Shown piece by piece: positions 1 through 13,871 of a DNA stretch of 64,000 nt. Both the position numbers and the translations under genes were made by a program. The notes under the pieces are model-generated. The model did no database searches, was not told the DNA's origin, and saw nothing but the letters and a program-made list of their open reading frames with translations. The stretch's first letter is position 1; each line of letters starts with the position of its first letter. The stretch is from Nageia nagi (Eukaryota; Plantae; Pinophyta): assembly GCA_050084985.1 (NCBI GenBank), contig JBITNC010000001.1:60388001-60452000 (forward strand), in the 5' to 3' direction.

Positions 1-2393
1 AACATCCAAGGGAATACTTCCTCATCAGGAGGAGATGGAGGAAACGAAGATGATGAAGGTGAGAATGAAGATCAAAAAAAGAAGAGGAAGGAGGTTGAAC
101 ACCAAGGGAATCCTAAGAGATAAGTAGTTGCACTTGCTAATCCCAATCCTAGTTACAATTTTGATGTGAGGGCATTCTTAAAGAATTTAAGAGCATATCA
201 TGCATTTGAAGCCCATGCTGACATTGACATAGATCAAGATTCAGATACAGAACTTGAGCATATAGCCATGTATGTTTCGATGAAGGATCATTCTGTTGTG
301 CTTGCATAACATCCTCGACCCTACTTTTTCAAAGACACCTTCAAATAGCTGAATTCAAGAAAAGCAAGAGCTAAAAATCAGCATACAACAACTAAATTCT
401 CCAAAAGAAGCTTCAACCCGATGGTCCGAGAACAAAGAATCTAAGAGTTGGTGAGCTGACCTCAATTTTGGCAAAAAATTTGTAAGTATAAGGAGATTGC
501 ACATTTTGAAAGGTATTTGAAGAGAATGGTCTCGAAAACGAGCGACCAAAGCAAGAAAGCGGCCAGGTCGCATGATTGAGGATGGATTCCTCAAAATTAG
601 TTGGTCATGCATTTTGGCCGGGACTCCCTAGCCATCAAGTAGCACGCCCCAAAGAGAGTACTTACAACATGATGATGAATACACGTGACTTGGAGAAGCC
701 AAGTTGCGCATTTTGATGATAGTATGAAAACAAGGAAACAAAAGTATGAGACCCTTTCCTCCTCAAAATTCAAGCCCAAAAAGATATAAAAAAGATACCA
801 TCAAAATTTTGCCTAAGTATGAATTTGCATTTAAGGGAGGTCGCACGTTTTGATGGCATGCTCCGAGAATAGTTCCAAAAACATGCAACCCATATCCTCG
901 AAATGTGTGCCAACCAAGCTATAAAAGGGTGACCCACTTCATTCATTTTCACTTAGTCCAAGGCAAGATAGGTTGCACGTTCCCAAGAACATACTAGGTC
1001 GCGCATTTTGGAGAACATGCCTAGGTCGCACGAATAATAAAAAATGCTCCCCATACCTTCAAAAATGTGTGACCAAGTCAACCAAGCATAATCATAAAAT
1101 CACATGACCTCATCATCTTTGAAGTACGTGCCCAAAGCAAGTTATAAAAGAGGAGGAGGCTATCCATTTTTCCTAAGGTATTTTCAAAACAAAGTAGGTT
1201 GCGTGATTCCAAGGCATTACCCCGAGCATAGTTTCAAAAACACGCGACATAGTGAGAATGGTCACACGTTTCATGATCAATACCCAAACATCATCCTCAA
1301 AATTTGTGACCACCCAAGGAATAGGTCGTGCGTTCTGCCAAGAGTGCCTTGACCATCCTTTTGAAAACTTGCGACCAAATAAGGGAGGTCGTGCGATTTA
1401 CAAGAAATACTCCACCCATCACCTCGAGAATGTACGACCAAGTAGATAGGTCGCGTGAATTGAAAGACAAACCCGCAGCACATCAGATTGAATATGCGAC
1501 CAAGAGGGGAATAGTTCACTCTTTCTAGATTGAATACAAAGTGAAACACACGACCACGAAAACAAGATCGCCCATTCTGGAAAACATATCAGGGGTACAT
1601 TTGCAAATACATGCGAGCTGATAGATTTGGTCGAACTTTGATTTGACATTGTATTCATTCATCCTTGGCAAGTCGCACAATTTTAGGTAATTCAAGAGGT
1701 GATACAATCAAAATAGGTGACCTTGTTCCCTATCATTTCCAAGGTGCTTGGTCCATACTTAGCCAAAATTGGGGATATTTGCAGCTATTCACATGACAAA
1801 CACTCCCTAAAACAAGCGACCTATCTAGAAGCTAGCTAAAGACCAAGATTCTCAAAAACATTGTGCCGTGTCAGAACTCAGTACAAAAAGAGCATGCAAG
1901 ATAACATTTGTCCTGCTAGGGTACTATAAGAATCATCACCAATTTAGGTCCCAGAGTCAGTTAGTGTTGTGGTATAAAGAGTAAGCCTCCTGTTAATCTG
2001 TTTAGTTTATCTTTTGCCTATTATCACATCTAGATAGTAACCCCATTTGTTCCAATCCTTTCAGTCATCAAAGTCGGGCAGAATACACTAGGCGGAATCA
2101 AGGTCAAAAGGGCGTACCAAGTACTAGCTTACTCATTTTTCTATTCATATTAGTATGTTTTGTCTAGTCACATCATTCTAGGTAATTGGTCCTTGTACAC
2201 TTTTTTTTTGGTGCAACCTGGTTTTAAGTCATTCCTCGTATTGTTGTCTCTTCTATCTACCAAGTATGGTCTCCCAACCCATCATGGTTTGCTTTCATGT
2301 CATCTTCTACACCCAGTTCATCCCTATCTTGCTTTCCACTTTAGTCTAGGGTTAACCTTGTCTACTTATAATAGGTACATCCATTTCCTGGAA

Positions 2394-2953
2394 ATGGAAC
2401 ATCAAGTTGGAACATCCAAAAGGGTAACTGAAGGGACGAGCTAGAAAGATAAGGGGAAAAAGCCAATAAAGCCTAAGGTTGTGAAAGACGACCTTCAGAG
2501 ATCACTTGCCCCTTGTTCAAAATGGTTGGCAAGGGAGACTTTGATTAGTTTTGAAAAGGATGGAAGGATCTTTCTTTCAGAAGGAGATTTCAGAATTAAC
2601 CTAGCTAGTATCTCAGACATAGACTGGTCCTACATTGATTCAGAAAAAACCCTAGAAGTGATCAAGAAAATGGACAAAATTGCTTTATCTGAAGAAGTGT
2701 TGTACACATGTGGACTAGTCGATATTGGAGTCATCCTTGCTATTGCCCTTTCCAAGAATTGTGTTGGGAAGTTGGAAAAAGGTGTAACTTCCTTGAGAGG
2801 GCCCTCTTTGATACAACAGGTCAAAAGATTATGGACTTCTCGATGAAGGGAATTGAAGGGGCCTTCAAGTTGTCAAGCAAAGGGATGAATATATACATTG
2901 AAAGATTCTTTAGCTTTCTACCAAAATTTGAGCAAGGCCTCAAAATTACTTAA
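2394..2953 (+). pseudogene. Degenerate TE accessory ORF, unknown function
   Basis: MEHQVGTSKRVTEGTS*KDKGKKPIKPKVVKDDLQRSL... reads through one stop into the 121-aa ORF, then frameshifts. Confidence 0.35.
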
Positions 2954-4258
2954 GCAATGTGTTGTACCTACACAACACCACCCCCCAAAATTTTTTGCAT
3001 TTTGAGGACCCTCAGGAAACATAAAAGAAGAAAAGATTGCATGAAACCTATCTAAAAGATGCATACTTTTTGGAGGATATTGGGAACATGTTTAGTTTGC
3101 ATTTTCACAGCAATAGTGTCATTTTTTATGCACTTTTCTCCTATCACATGTTTTCCATAGAGTGCTTTTGCACTCCCTTTCAGCCATATGACCATGCAAC
3201 CTTGTCTTTGTCATCTACATCATCCTATTTAAAAAGATTTTGAGGGCCTCCCTTTTTTGTACTTCACCCACCTTGCATCTTGTTTGTCATCATGTTGCCA
3301 AAATATGCAAGAAAAAGGCATGTTTTCAGCCTGTTGCATGTTTTTGAGGGAGTCCTTTTTGCACCCCTTGGAGAAGGTGCAACCAAGCTAGGTTTTACTT
3401 AGCATTTTTTGTCCCATTTTGATGTCGCATGCATTGGAGTGAGTCCTTTTGCACTCCTTAGGAACCATGCAACTAGGAATTTCATACTTAGCATCATTTT
3501 TGAAGATGTCGCATGCATTGGAGTGAGTCCTTTTGCACTCCTCAGGAACCATGCGACCAGAAACTTCATGCTTAGCATTTTTTGAAGCCTCAAAGGCTAT
3601 TGCATGCATTTCATCAAGTCCTTTTGCACTCCTCTCAAAGGGTGCAATCAGCTTGAAGAACACTTAGCCATATTTTGAAGCCTCAAGGCTTGTCACAAGG
3701 ATGGAGATGGGTCCTTTTTCACTAATCCAAAAACCATGCAACCAGGGAAAATAGTAGGAAATAAGCTAAGTGTTGGATGCTGGTGACAAATGGAAGCCCA
3801 TCCACTAGACCTCATCCTATGCCTATCCCATGGTGACATGTGTCCCACCTAGAAGGCTATAAAAGGGAAGTCACCCCCCTTCACTTCTATTTGCAAAGTT
3901 GGAGAGGGCCAAAGCATGGGGAGATAGAAGAAAAAGTACCCCTTCTTGGGCGTGCGACCAAGGACATCCTACACCTTTTTCGAAGTTTTGTTCAAGATTT
4001 AGACCTTGGGAAGCATCCAAGAGTTGGACACAAGGATTAAATCATGTGCCTTGAGCATCCATCCAAAAGGATGCGACAAGGGAGTTAAGAGCTCAAATGT
4101 GTTGGAAATTGGCTAAGTCCCTTGGTCTCACTTTCTAGTTGCACCATTCTTATCTAGTCCTTTTGCACCCTCCACCATGCATGCAACCTTGTTTGTAAGC
4201 TTCTCATTGGACCTTTTAGCAAGCTGGTAAGAGAGTAACACCTAGCCCAAGGGCAAAT

Positions 4259-4268
4259 CTATATAAAT
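4259..4268 (+). promoter_or_regulatory. TATA box upstream of the sense accessory ORF
   Basis: CTATATAAAT followed by a pyrimidine-rich tract, ~480 bp before ATG 4742. Confidence 0.35.
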
Positions 4269-4741
4269 CACCCTCTCCTTGAGCATTTCATACCTCATTT
4301 TCATCCCTCTTCTTAGTCGCATCATTTTGCATACATGCTTAAGCATCCATCCCAAAATGTGCAACTAAGGAAGGAACATTAGAAGACATTGCACTCATTT
4401 TAGGGCTTGGTCGCATCATTTTTCATGCATGCTCAAGCACCCACTTCAAAATGTACAACCAAGATAGAAGGGAGATTTGGGGACGTTTTACATCCAGTTA
4501 AGCCTCTTTTAGCTAAGGCATTTCAAATCCACCCTTGAACCTAGTTGCATCATTTTTCATGCATGCTTGAGGCACTCATTCAAAACCATGCGACCAACTT
4601 TGGGGTGAAGAATTTTGTTCGAGAAATTGACTAAGTGTCCCTAGGCCCAGTCACACGCTTTCTTAGCTGTGCTTTTGCACTCATTCATAACTATACTACT
4701 CATACATTTGGAGTTGAGGAAGGAGTTGGGTAGTGTCTTCC

Positions 4742-7700
4742 ATGGCTTCAAACACCAAAGTACCCTCTTTGAAGGCTAGGAAGACCCAGAGCCAGCTATT
4801 TGAGAGGCTTGTGACTAAAACCCAAATGACTCAACTTTTGAAGGAGAGTTTGATAGAATTTCAACCGAAGAGCAGACCAGAGCTCCCTGAGAAAAAATTT
4901 AAGGGAAAATATAACTTTGTTGGTGACAGTAATTGGGGTAACTTGGACCCAATTATGACCTTGGCCTCTATAACCTCTCTCAGCAAGGAGGACCTGTCTG
5001 GGGAACTTATCCACACGTGCAGCTTGTTCAATGCCGCCCTGATACCATTTATAGTACCTTTTCCCGACTTGTGCAGTGAAGTGGCAAAGAAGTGTGATTT
5101 TAGCAAGAGAGTGCTACGGGATACGGAGGGCAATGTAATTATGGAATTCACCCCTGTTGGTATTGAAGCAGCTTTTGGCTGGAAATGTTATGGTGATGAC
5201 TATACATTGGTCCATTTGGAGGAGTTTCATGACTCCACTTCTCGGCCTGGAGACTATGTTAGACCTTGGTTGCTTGAGGAATTTCAAAACCTTCAGGGGC
5301 AAAGGTTGATTAGTGCATGAAGAGAAGAATTTCTACCAGTTGTGGCAAAATTGATCACCTTATTATCAAGAGTAACCAGTCAAGGGATGATGCCAAGTAT
5401 CGGAGGGAGGTCATAGGTTTTATGGCTGTAATCAGTTCGGGAAAGCCCATTTGGTGGGCAGGGTTATTAGTGATGCCCTATGCTATCAATTGTCCTTTTT
5501 TGGCTCCTTGAAGAGATTTTACATGAACTCTTACCTGATGTACCTATTACTACATGACAAGGTCAGATCCAAGGAGCTGGCTGATGAGAGGTACTTCGGG
5601 GAGAAGAGCACCCCCATGTGGAGGGCATACCAGAAATGGTGGTGCTAGAATAAATTTGAGCATTTTTATGGAAAAACTAATGCTTGGGAGTATGATATAT
5701 ACAAGGATATCAAGGGAGAGTCCGTGGTGAAGAGGATTTCTGATGTTGCTATCCAGGCTATTTGCATTCATGCAAACTTTTTTTTGTAAGACACTGACTT
5801 CACCTACATCAAAATTTATGGCTCGAAGGAGCAGCCCATACTTCTGCCCAAGTATGTCACTAATAGGTTGATCCTCATGGAGTTTGCTAGGCAGCTCTTG
5901 TTCCTAAAGGAGAAAGTATGGAAGAAGAAAAATGCCACCATCAACTTACCTATTTCTATATCTAGATATGTGTGCCAGACTTGGGTGGAGGCAACACACA
6001 TGCAGGAGGAGCTATAGTGGTATAACTTCTTTAGGGAAGCTGCTACTAGGAATTATGATCCCGAGGGGATGATTGCCCATTTCTATGACATTGCTTTTCA
6101 TCGGCCCATTCCATTTCCACACAAGTCTTTGGGAGGTGAAGAAAGGTATAGGACTGTTTAGGACAAAGAGAAAATTACATGCATCAAAGCTCATTTGAGT
6201 AAAAAGAAGGCTCCCCTTCAGGTAGAAAAGCCTCCTCAGAGGCCTTGGACTACCAAACCCCGATCTAAGGAGGCCATTTTGAAGATCAAATCTCTTACCC
6301 ACACAATGTCCTCACCAAAAGAGAAGCCCTTGCTATTTGTAGGAAAAAGGCAAAGGCCCGAGAGAGCCCCTTCCAGGGCCCAGCAAGCATAGTGTGTTGG
6401 AAGCTGACCTTAAAGATGCTGGGTATTATGCTCTCCCTTCAGATGTGCTAGACAATGTGATAAACACATGTGGTAGTGACTCCCCCAGAAATGATTCCTT
6501 CCAAATTAACCCATTCTCCTAGACCAAGAGAGAAAGTTCCCCCTTTACAGCAAAGTTCTAGCAACTCTAAGGCCTCTTCCTCTTCTTCCAATGAAGAAGC
6601 TGATGAAAACCCTAACTGTATGGTTGGAGATTTTGTAGAAGAATCAAAAAGCCATAGAGAGGAGAAGAAGAAGAGGAAAATGATGCCAACATTACCCATT
6701 CACCTCAATAAGAAGATGTAGCCATTTGTGCTTTAGTACCCGATGAGACGGAAGTGGAAACCATGCCGGAAGATGAGATAGTGGATGTAGGCACTTATGA
6801 TGATGACGTTTAGATACTTGGCCAAAAGTGCACTAGAGAGGTGGTTGCATCCAAATCCTCTCTTGTTGAACCAGAAAAAGGTCTCCCTCGCGTAAACCCT
6901 CTACCAAGAGGAGTCATGATAAATCTCCCCAGCTCTAAAATACAAGCATATCTCTAAACGGTAGTGCAAGAGATGAAGATGACGAAGGAGAGACAGAAGA
7001 ATAGAAGAAGAAGAGAAGGCAAGAAGAGCATTAGGGCAAGGAGATGGCAGTATTTCCAACTACCCCAGCAAAAGAGGCCAAGAAAGTTGATAAAGGAAGA
7101 TTGTTGGTTCAAAGGTTTCCCCCTCTACCAGTGATCGAACATCCAAATCTTGACCTAGATGCATACCTTAAAGCCCTCAACATGAGTACTAGTCACGATG
7201 AAGATATAGATCAGGACTTACGATCCGAGGATGAGGAAGATGAACTTTTAGATGGGGAGAAAATTTGGAGGGTGGACACTTTTGTCTCCACCTCTTAAAA
7301 GGAGATCTCCATTAGCCATTGCTACTCCAAGGAGAAACATCCTCAAAGGGCCAAGGACTATGTTATCAAAACTTTCAAGATGCCAATCAAACTATGGTTA
7401 ATGGCTAGGAAACACATTGTTACCTAGAATACTGTAGTCATGGAACAGGAAGGCTATGAAGCCAAAAGGGAAGTGAAGAAATTAAAGAAGGAACTCACAG
7501 CCAGTCGAAAAATCATAAAGGAGTTCCAAAAAATCAGCACCACTCCCTTACATTTGTAGAAGCAAACTTCCTTCCATGAGGGGTGGGAACTCATGGAGCA
7601 GCTCAAGAACAAGGTTATGGAGATCGTTGAGAGATTGTCTTCACGCATTTACAAGCTCCTAGCCAAGGGTGTTGAGATCAAGGATCTTGGAGGTCAGATT

Positions 7701-8200
7701 ACTAATCACCTCGACCAACTGGATAGTTACCTACCCAATGTCTCCTACCTGCAGCACACTTACTCCGATAACCTTGAGAAATTGGTCTACTACCATGAGT
7801 TCACCTATCATCATGATTGGTTGAACCATGCACTCGAGAAGTGCAATGTTGTGCTCAAAGTAAGGATACCCTTGTGAAAGGAGGTAAAGGAGCAAATGAG
7901 TGAGTATCTTCATTAACTCAAGTTCCAAGGGGAGGATAATAATGTTCGAAAGAAGGAAGCAGTATTAGGAAAGGCCCAAAATCTAATCCAGGAGCATCTT
8001 GAGGTCGAGGATCTAAACTTGCTGAAGGTAGGACTTCCTATCATGCACAAGAGATGGATGGTCATCTGGAGGTACCAGATGCAAGTCACAATCAAGAAGA
8101 TTGAGGGTAGAATGGTAGTATCATTGGTATGATCTTTAGGGGCATGCAAAAGATCGTGGCATTCTTGGAGAAGACCATCGAGTCCTATGGTCTCACCAGT
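4742..8200 (+). pseudogene. Long degenerate TE accessory ORF (sense copy) with an acidic/charged, coiled-coil-like C-terminal part
   Basis: Chain of ORF pieces: MASNTK...GDSNWGNLDPI..., ...FTYIKIYGSKEQPILLPKYVTNRLILMEFARQLLFL..WKKKNATINLPISI..., 7044-7298, 7593-7877, broken by stops and frameshifts. A paralog lies on the minus strand at ~9.8-10.45 kb. Confidence 0.55.
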
Positions 8201-9830
8201 AAGGAGTGAACTCCGCCTGTACTGAATTAGATCTGGCCTAGATCTAATTCACCCATAGACTTCCTCTGAGGTACTTTTTTTCATGTTTAATGCATACAGG
8301 TTGCTTGTTAGACTTTACTTTGATTTGACTGGTGTAGGGATGAGGTTTTGCTCCTACCAGATTAAATCTGTCAAACTCATTTATGACTTTGATCGGTGCA
8401 GGGATGAGGTTTTGCTCCCACTGGTTTTCAGGTCAAACCTTTTCAGTCTACTTATTGCATATCTGATTTTCTGTTGGCTAGATTAGATGTAGAGTAGATG
8501 CATTGTGACTGTTGCATTTATATTTTGTCAGCTTTAGATGCCACTTATATAGTTTGCATGATGATATTTGATATTGTATTGGTATGTGTGTTGCATGTGT
8601 GCACACCATATTAAATTTGATGCCTTTAGGGCATCACTTCTAATGGCCTATTTATACTTCATTCGGGCCATTTAGAAGGGGATTTGGGACATTAGGAATT
8701 TATGCGAAGGATTTTGGCATTAGGCATTGGATTTTGTCATAGAAGTTTTGACATGAGATTGTATGGTATTTGTATTATCTTGCATTGAACTTTTGGCACA
8801 TAATGAAAGCATCATATATTGGAGTTCTTGCATTTTTGAGACTGAGACTATTGAGTTCATGTGCATAATCATTTTAAGCCTTTTGCAGGCCATGAAATTC
8901 ACATTCCATTGCATAGAAGATCACTGTAAAAAGGGGTTCTGTGCATGTTTTGCTATTGAAAATCATTATAAATGTGTTTGTTAGAGGAAAAAAATCATAA
9001 AGTTATACTATGAGGAATATCATTTGTGGGATTATGCATACTTGAATGGTTCCTTCTATGTACTGTAAAATGATTATCTTGTGAAAGAGTTTGATCCTTC
9101 TCTACATAGTTTGCATGTAAGTGGGTATATTCTAAGGCTCATAGCTTGTCTTTATATCATTAAGTTAGGTTCATGCATTTACGCATTCACTCCAACTTTT
9201 CCTTTTACCGAGTCTTCCATAAAGATCCTACAGCTTCCTACTCTTGTCTGGTAGTGATTTGAACATATTTGCTATTTGTTATCTGGCTTGATATTGAGTG
9301 CATCAACCTTAATGAATCTGAAGATGACCTGCCGAGACACTGTATCCCTGGTGATTTCCTCACAAGTCCTTTCCTTTCCTCGCATGACTTTGCATTTATC
9401 CTAATGTTTCATCCCTGCTTTGGTGATCTTTCTTCTTTTCGTTCATCATTGTAGTCTTTCCTCATTAAAGGAAAGGAATCCCGATGCGAGTTTCCCTTGT
9501 ATATGATTAACAACATGCATCTTTGACTCCTTAGCCATCAAGACCATATTCTAGTGAGCGTTTGGGGTAACCAATCCTTTCAGATAGGAACAAGTAACGT
9601 TGTTTCCTCTAAGTCTTGTGCATGTTTTTGGCGAGGAAAGAAAAACATATCAACATGTCCTTCCTTGGTGTCTTATCACTCTTGAGGAGAAGGTGGATTT
9701 ATCAGTGGAGGCAGTACGAGGGTCGTTCAAGTTTTGGATTCTTCTATCGATTCACCCTTCAGTTATTAGGATTTAATGAGCCTCCTAGATCTGCTTCTCC
9801 TCCCTCTTGTTTCTATATTTTTCCTTATTC

Positions 9831-10455
9831 CTATGAGGTAGGCTTCCTAAACACCTGTTTATAAAAGCATTGGATTCTTCCTTTAGGGTCATAATGGGAG
9901 GCTACCTCCTCCTCATTGAAGTGGTAGTAAGATAATTCTCTGCCCATCTCCTTAGCTTCCTGCCAAGTTGAGCAAATGTAGTCCTCGATTGAAATAGGGA
10001 GATTAGTTGTGGCATTTTTCTTCTTCCATATATTTTTCGTATAAAAATAGCAATTGTCTGCAGAATTCCATAAGGATGAGGCGGTTATTGGCATATCGAG
10101 GCAAGAGGTACGACCTAACTTCAGAGCCATAGAATCGGATGTAAGTGTATGCAAGGTCTTCCAGAAAATAGTCAGCATGCCCCAAAGGAATTAATGTGTT
10201 AGTCGCCAATCTAGAAATACACAATACTTCTCTAAGGATCTAGAATTTGTCTAATTCCCCAATAGCTTGAAGTGTTTGGATCGGTTCGATGTGAGACCAA
10301 TTGGTATCCCGGATATTGGTAAAGTTATTCTTGAACTTGGTTGGTTTCAATGGATCTTCAAGATTTTCTTTACTAAATTCTATATGACTTCATTCGGTCA
10401 ACCTGGTTAATTGCAATTCTCTGGACTTGCCTAGCTTAGAATTCGTCTTTGCCAT
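9831..10455 (-). pseudogene. Antisense paralog of the 4742 ORF, internally deleted
   Basis: ATG at 10455 (MAKTNSKL...IEF...KFKNNFTNIRDTNWSHIEPIQTL...LIP), then YTYIRFYGSEVRSYLLPRYANNRLILMEFCRQLLFL / WKKKNATTNLPISIEDYIC..YDPKG. Aligns by eye to both ends of the conserved part of the sense ORF. Confidence 0.6.
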
Positions 10456-10799
10456 TTTTAACCTGCAAGCAAACTGAATTAGTAGCAACTGACTCTGATG
10501 GACGAGGGGGTGTAATGTAAGGACATAATGCCTGACAAGCCTATATGCCTTTATATGGAAGTAAGAAATTTGGACACTAATGATGACGAGGTGGCCAACT
10601 TCTTATTGCATGCAACGTTGTCTATAACCTAATTTTAATATATAAATGATGACAAGGTGGTCGATTAGTGGCTTCTCCTTTTTTGAAATGCAAATGAATT
10701 CAAATCTTAAATGTATGAGGTAGCCAAAAAATAGTAACAAAATGTGTGAGCCCACTTCTAGGATAGAAATGAATGCTCACTAAAATGATTTAAATGCAA

Positions 10800-12200
10800 A
10801 CAAAAAAATGAGAGGTCGCATACATTCACAATGATGGACGTCTATCCCCTAGGGACCATGCGAGCATGTCGTAGAATGAGTTGATGCAAAACAAACGATG
10901 CAATAGACCATGAAATGCAAAAGATAATGCAATAAGGAGGTGGTTGCACAATTTGGGAATGATAGGAGTGTAGCTTTTTGAAATCATGCGACCAGCACTA
11001 TGAGATACTAACTTAGATTAAATCACCTTCCTTTCCTTTTTTATAGCTGCTCCAGATTGCCAGATGGCAATATTTCAAGGGGAAAGGCAAGTTGTTTGAC
11101 AAGTGTCATTTATCATGCATGACAAAGGTGGTCGCATGCCTTCAAGAAGATGGGATCTCAACTATTCAAAACCATGCGAACATACTTAGTCATTTTTGGA
11201 GATGCAAAAAGGGTGGTCAGCCTTTCCTTAAAAGATGCAATAGTGACTTTATGGAACCATGTGACCACTATAGATGTTCAAAATGCTAGACTTAGCCTCT
11301 AGATACAGGAGTGGTGGTGGTTGCATGCCTTCAAAAGGATGCAAAGATAACTATATGAAACCATGTGATCACAAAAGATGGTGCAAAATGTAAGAAAAGA
11401 AGTGGTTGCATGCTTTCAATGAGATACGATGATGGCTTTAATGCATTGTATGACTAGCTTGGAGGCTAAAACTAATTGGGTAAAGTTGGACAAGACCAGC
11501 TTTTATAATTTCCTTCTTGACAGGTGCCAACATTGGGTTGATCAGAATGGAGGCCGAATGTGATCAAGGCAAGCCATTCGCATGCATGTTTGACATTTGG
11601 AAGAGGTGGTCGCATGCTTGAGGAAAGATGGAACTTTAATCTTTTGAAACCATGTGAACACTTTTAACATGCCTTCTTCCCAACAATTAGCTGATTTTGA
11701 ACTTTGAAAGGAGGGTAGTTGCAAGGTTTTAGGAAGATGGAAATGCTACTTTCAAGAACCATGTGAACACCTTTGAAGCTATAATATGAATGTGTTAAGT
11801 GAACTAGGTAGCCTTCATTTATATACTAACTTCCTTGCCAAGTGCCCTTGTCCATTTGGTTCAAGTGAAGGCAGAATGTGATTAAGGAAAATGTAATGTG
11901 CTAGTAATGGTGGTTGGAGGCCACAAAAAGATGAGTTTGTAACTAGCTTAAATTGTGTGAACGCCCTTAGGAAGAGAATTTCCATCACTTAGCCCAATTT
12001 TATGCTTCCTGGTTTCTCAAGAGAGGTGGTCGCATGGTTTGAGGAAGATGACTTTGCAACTACTAGAAATCATGTGAACACCCTCAAAATGGAGAATTTA
12101 AGGACTTAACAACCTTTTTGAATGTTGAAGCTTACTTGAGAAGGTGGTTGTGCTATTCCATGAAAATGTATTTTTCCATCAACATGTGACCAACCTTGAA
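10800..12200. repeat. Array of inverted-motif modules GGTGGTYGCATG-N~33-CATGYGAMCAC
   Basis: Clear units start near 10938, 11127, 11317, 11401, 11605, 11713, 12025 and 12142. Related motifs occur at 500-1900 and 3400-4600. Confidence 0.65.
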
Positions 12201-12383
12201 CTTAACCGCTTTCGAATTTCACGCTTGTTCCCATACATGAATTTCCCAAAAAAAAAAGCTTGTTTTTCTTTAAGTAAGCTTCTCATCTGATTTTAAAGTT
12301 GCACTTTGGGCTATTTTGAATGACTTTCTTCCATTCTTGCTCAGAAGATACTGTATGAAACTGAAGGTCCCCTCATCTTTTGC

Positions 12384-12400
12384 AAAAAAAGAGGAGGGGG
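12384..12400 (+). other. Polypurine tract of the putative Gypsy element
   Basis: AAAAAAAGAGGAGGGGG immediately before TG. Confidence 0.55.
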
Positions 12401-13799
12401 TGTGTTGAGGCGTTAACATATACTACTAAATCATAAATAATAATCATGATGTCTGATAAAAAATAATTCAGCTCACAAGAAAATAATTATAAAATAAAAG
12501 AAAATGGATCAACCTTCAACAACCGAAGGCACTATAGCATTACTCTAGTCAATTGTACAATTATAAATAAACTAATACTTCAAGTTCAAACAACAATATT
12601 TGCATTATTGTACATTAATATAACAAGTGAGGATTTTAGCAAATGCACCTCTCATCTTCAATGGAATCTTGGTTGATCAATTAAGTCATTGGGGTGTTTG
12701 GACATCTACCAAGATTCAGAACTCAATGATATCATGGGTGATGTTGAAGAAAAATAAAGACATTGCTATGGAAAACTTGTCAAAATGCGATTATTCTCAA
12801 CTTAGGTCAAAGTGTGAGGTGAACCCAAATCTCCACATTGTAGATTGTGCTATTTAACTAATCAAATAAGTGCTTAGATACATCCAGGTTCTCCATTGAC
12901 CAATAAATGAATTTAAAAAAAAAAAAAACTACCTCATCAAAATTAATATTTGTGAAAATGAATTGTTAGAGAAATGAAGGGAGAGCCCGCATACAAGTTA
13001 TTCCTCATACAACATATTCACTTAGTCAAACATATTTGAAATAATATAGGGCTTTTTAACTTTGTGGCATTTCTTGTAATGTAAAATCCTTCATGGTTCT
13101 TGGCCTCTTTAGATGAATTTGGTAGGTTGTTTCTAAAAAGCTTCATGGTATTCTAATGGTCCTTAAGATGTGGGACATTGCTTTTAGGCCGATTTTTAAT
13201 TCAGATTGTTGAGATGAATTTAAAAAATAATATGACATTTTTTATTCCAATTTGTGTTATGTAATGCTCACTTTTAAATTCTATCAAAAAATTGTTTATG
13301 AATTAAGGAAGTTGAATTTCATGATGGATTTGAAGCGTCATATGAACATTGAAGATTTTGGAAGGATCACTCATGTAGAAAGGTGAAAATAAAGAGTCAT
13401 GGAGGAGTCCAATAGTCACATTGGAAGGTCAAATGAATAGTCACTTTTGCATGTATATGTATGAGCTTGGAGATTGTCCTTTTAATTCAATTTGGAATAA
13501 ATACAATTTCAGATTCATAATCCATTACTTAGCCTAACGGTTGTATCAAAGCTATGGTGTTTTTTCTTACATTAACATTAACTCCGTAATCATTTTTCCT
13601 TCATTAGTTTCTTCTCCTTTTTTACTCCATTTTTTTAAAGCCTTTATCAAAATTATTTCTTCTTTGTATTTTTGGATACCCATTTTCATGCTAATCATTT
13701 TCATATATTGGATGATCTAGTTTGTTCTTGATTGATATTATTTCAATGACAAAAAGGAAGTTGTTCGTAGACTATTGCGTACAATGCCAAATTGCAATA

Positions 13800-13871
13800 C
13801 AATTTCATCAAAAGTGCTAAATCATGCTACGATTTCATCAAAGTGCTAAATCATGCTACAATTTCATCAAA
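13800..13871. repeat. Short tandem repeat, ~29-30 bp x 2.4
   Basis: CAATTTCATCAAAAGTGCTAAATCATGCTA repeated. Confidence 0.7.

Larger units (their letters stand above)
1..12400 (+). mobile_element. Decayed 3' internal region of a large Gypsy-like (Tat/Ogre-type) LTR retrotransposon with accessory ORFs
   Basis: Ends in a purine tract AAAAAAAGAGGAGGGGG (12384-12400) directly followed by TGTGTTG, as expected for PPT plus 3' LTR start. Contains stop-riddled ORFs, TATA boxes and repeated GGTCGCATG/CATGCGACC motifs. No RT or integrase in the window, so the superfamily is inferred. Confidence 0.5.
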
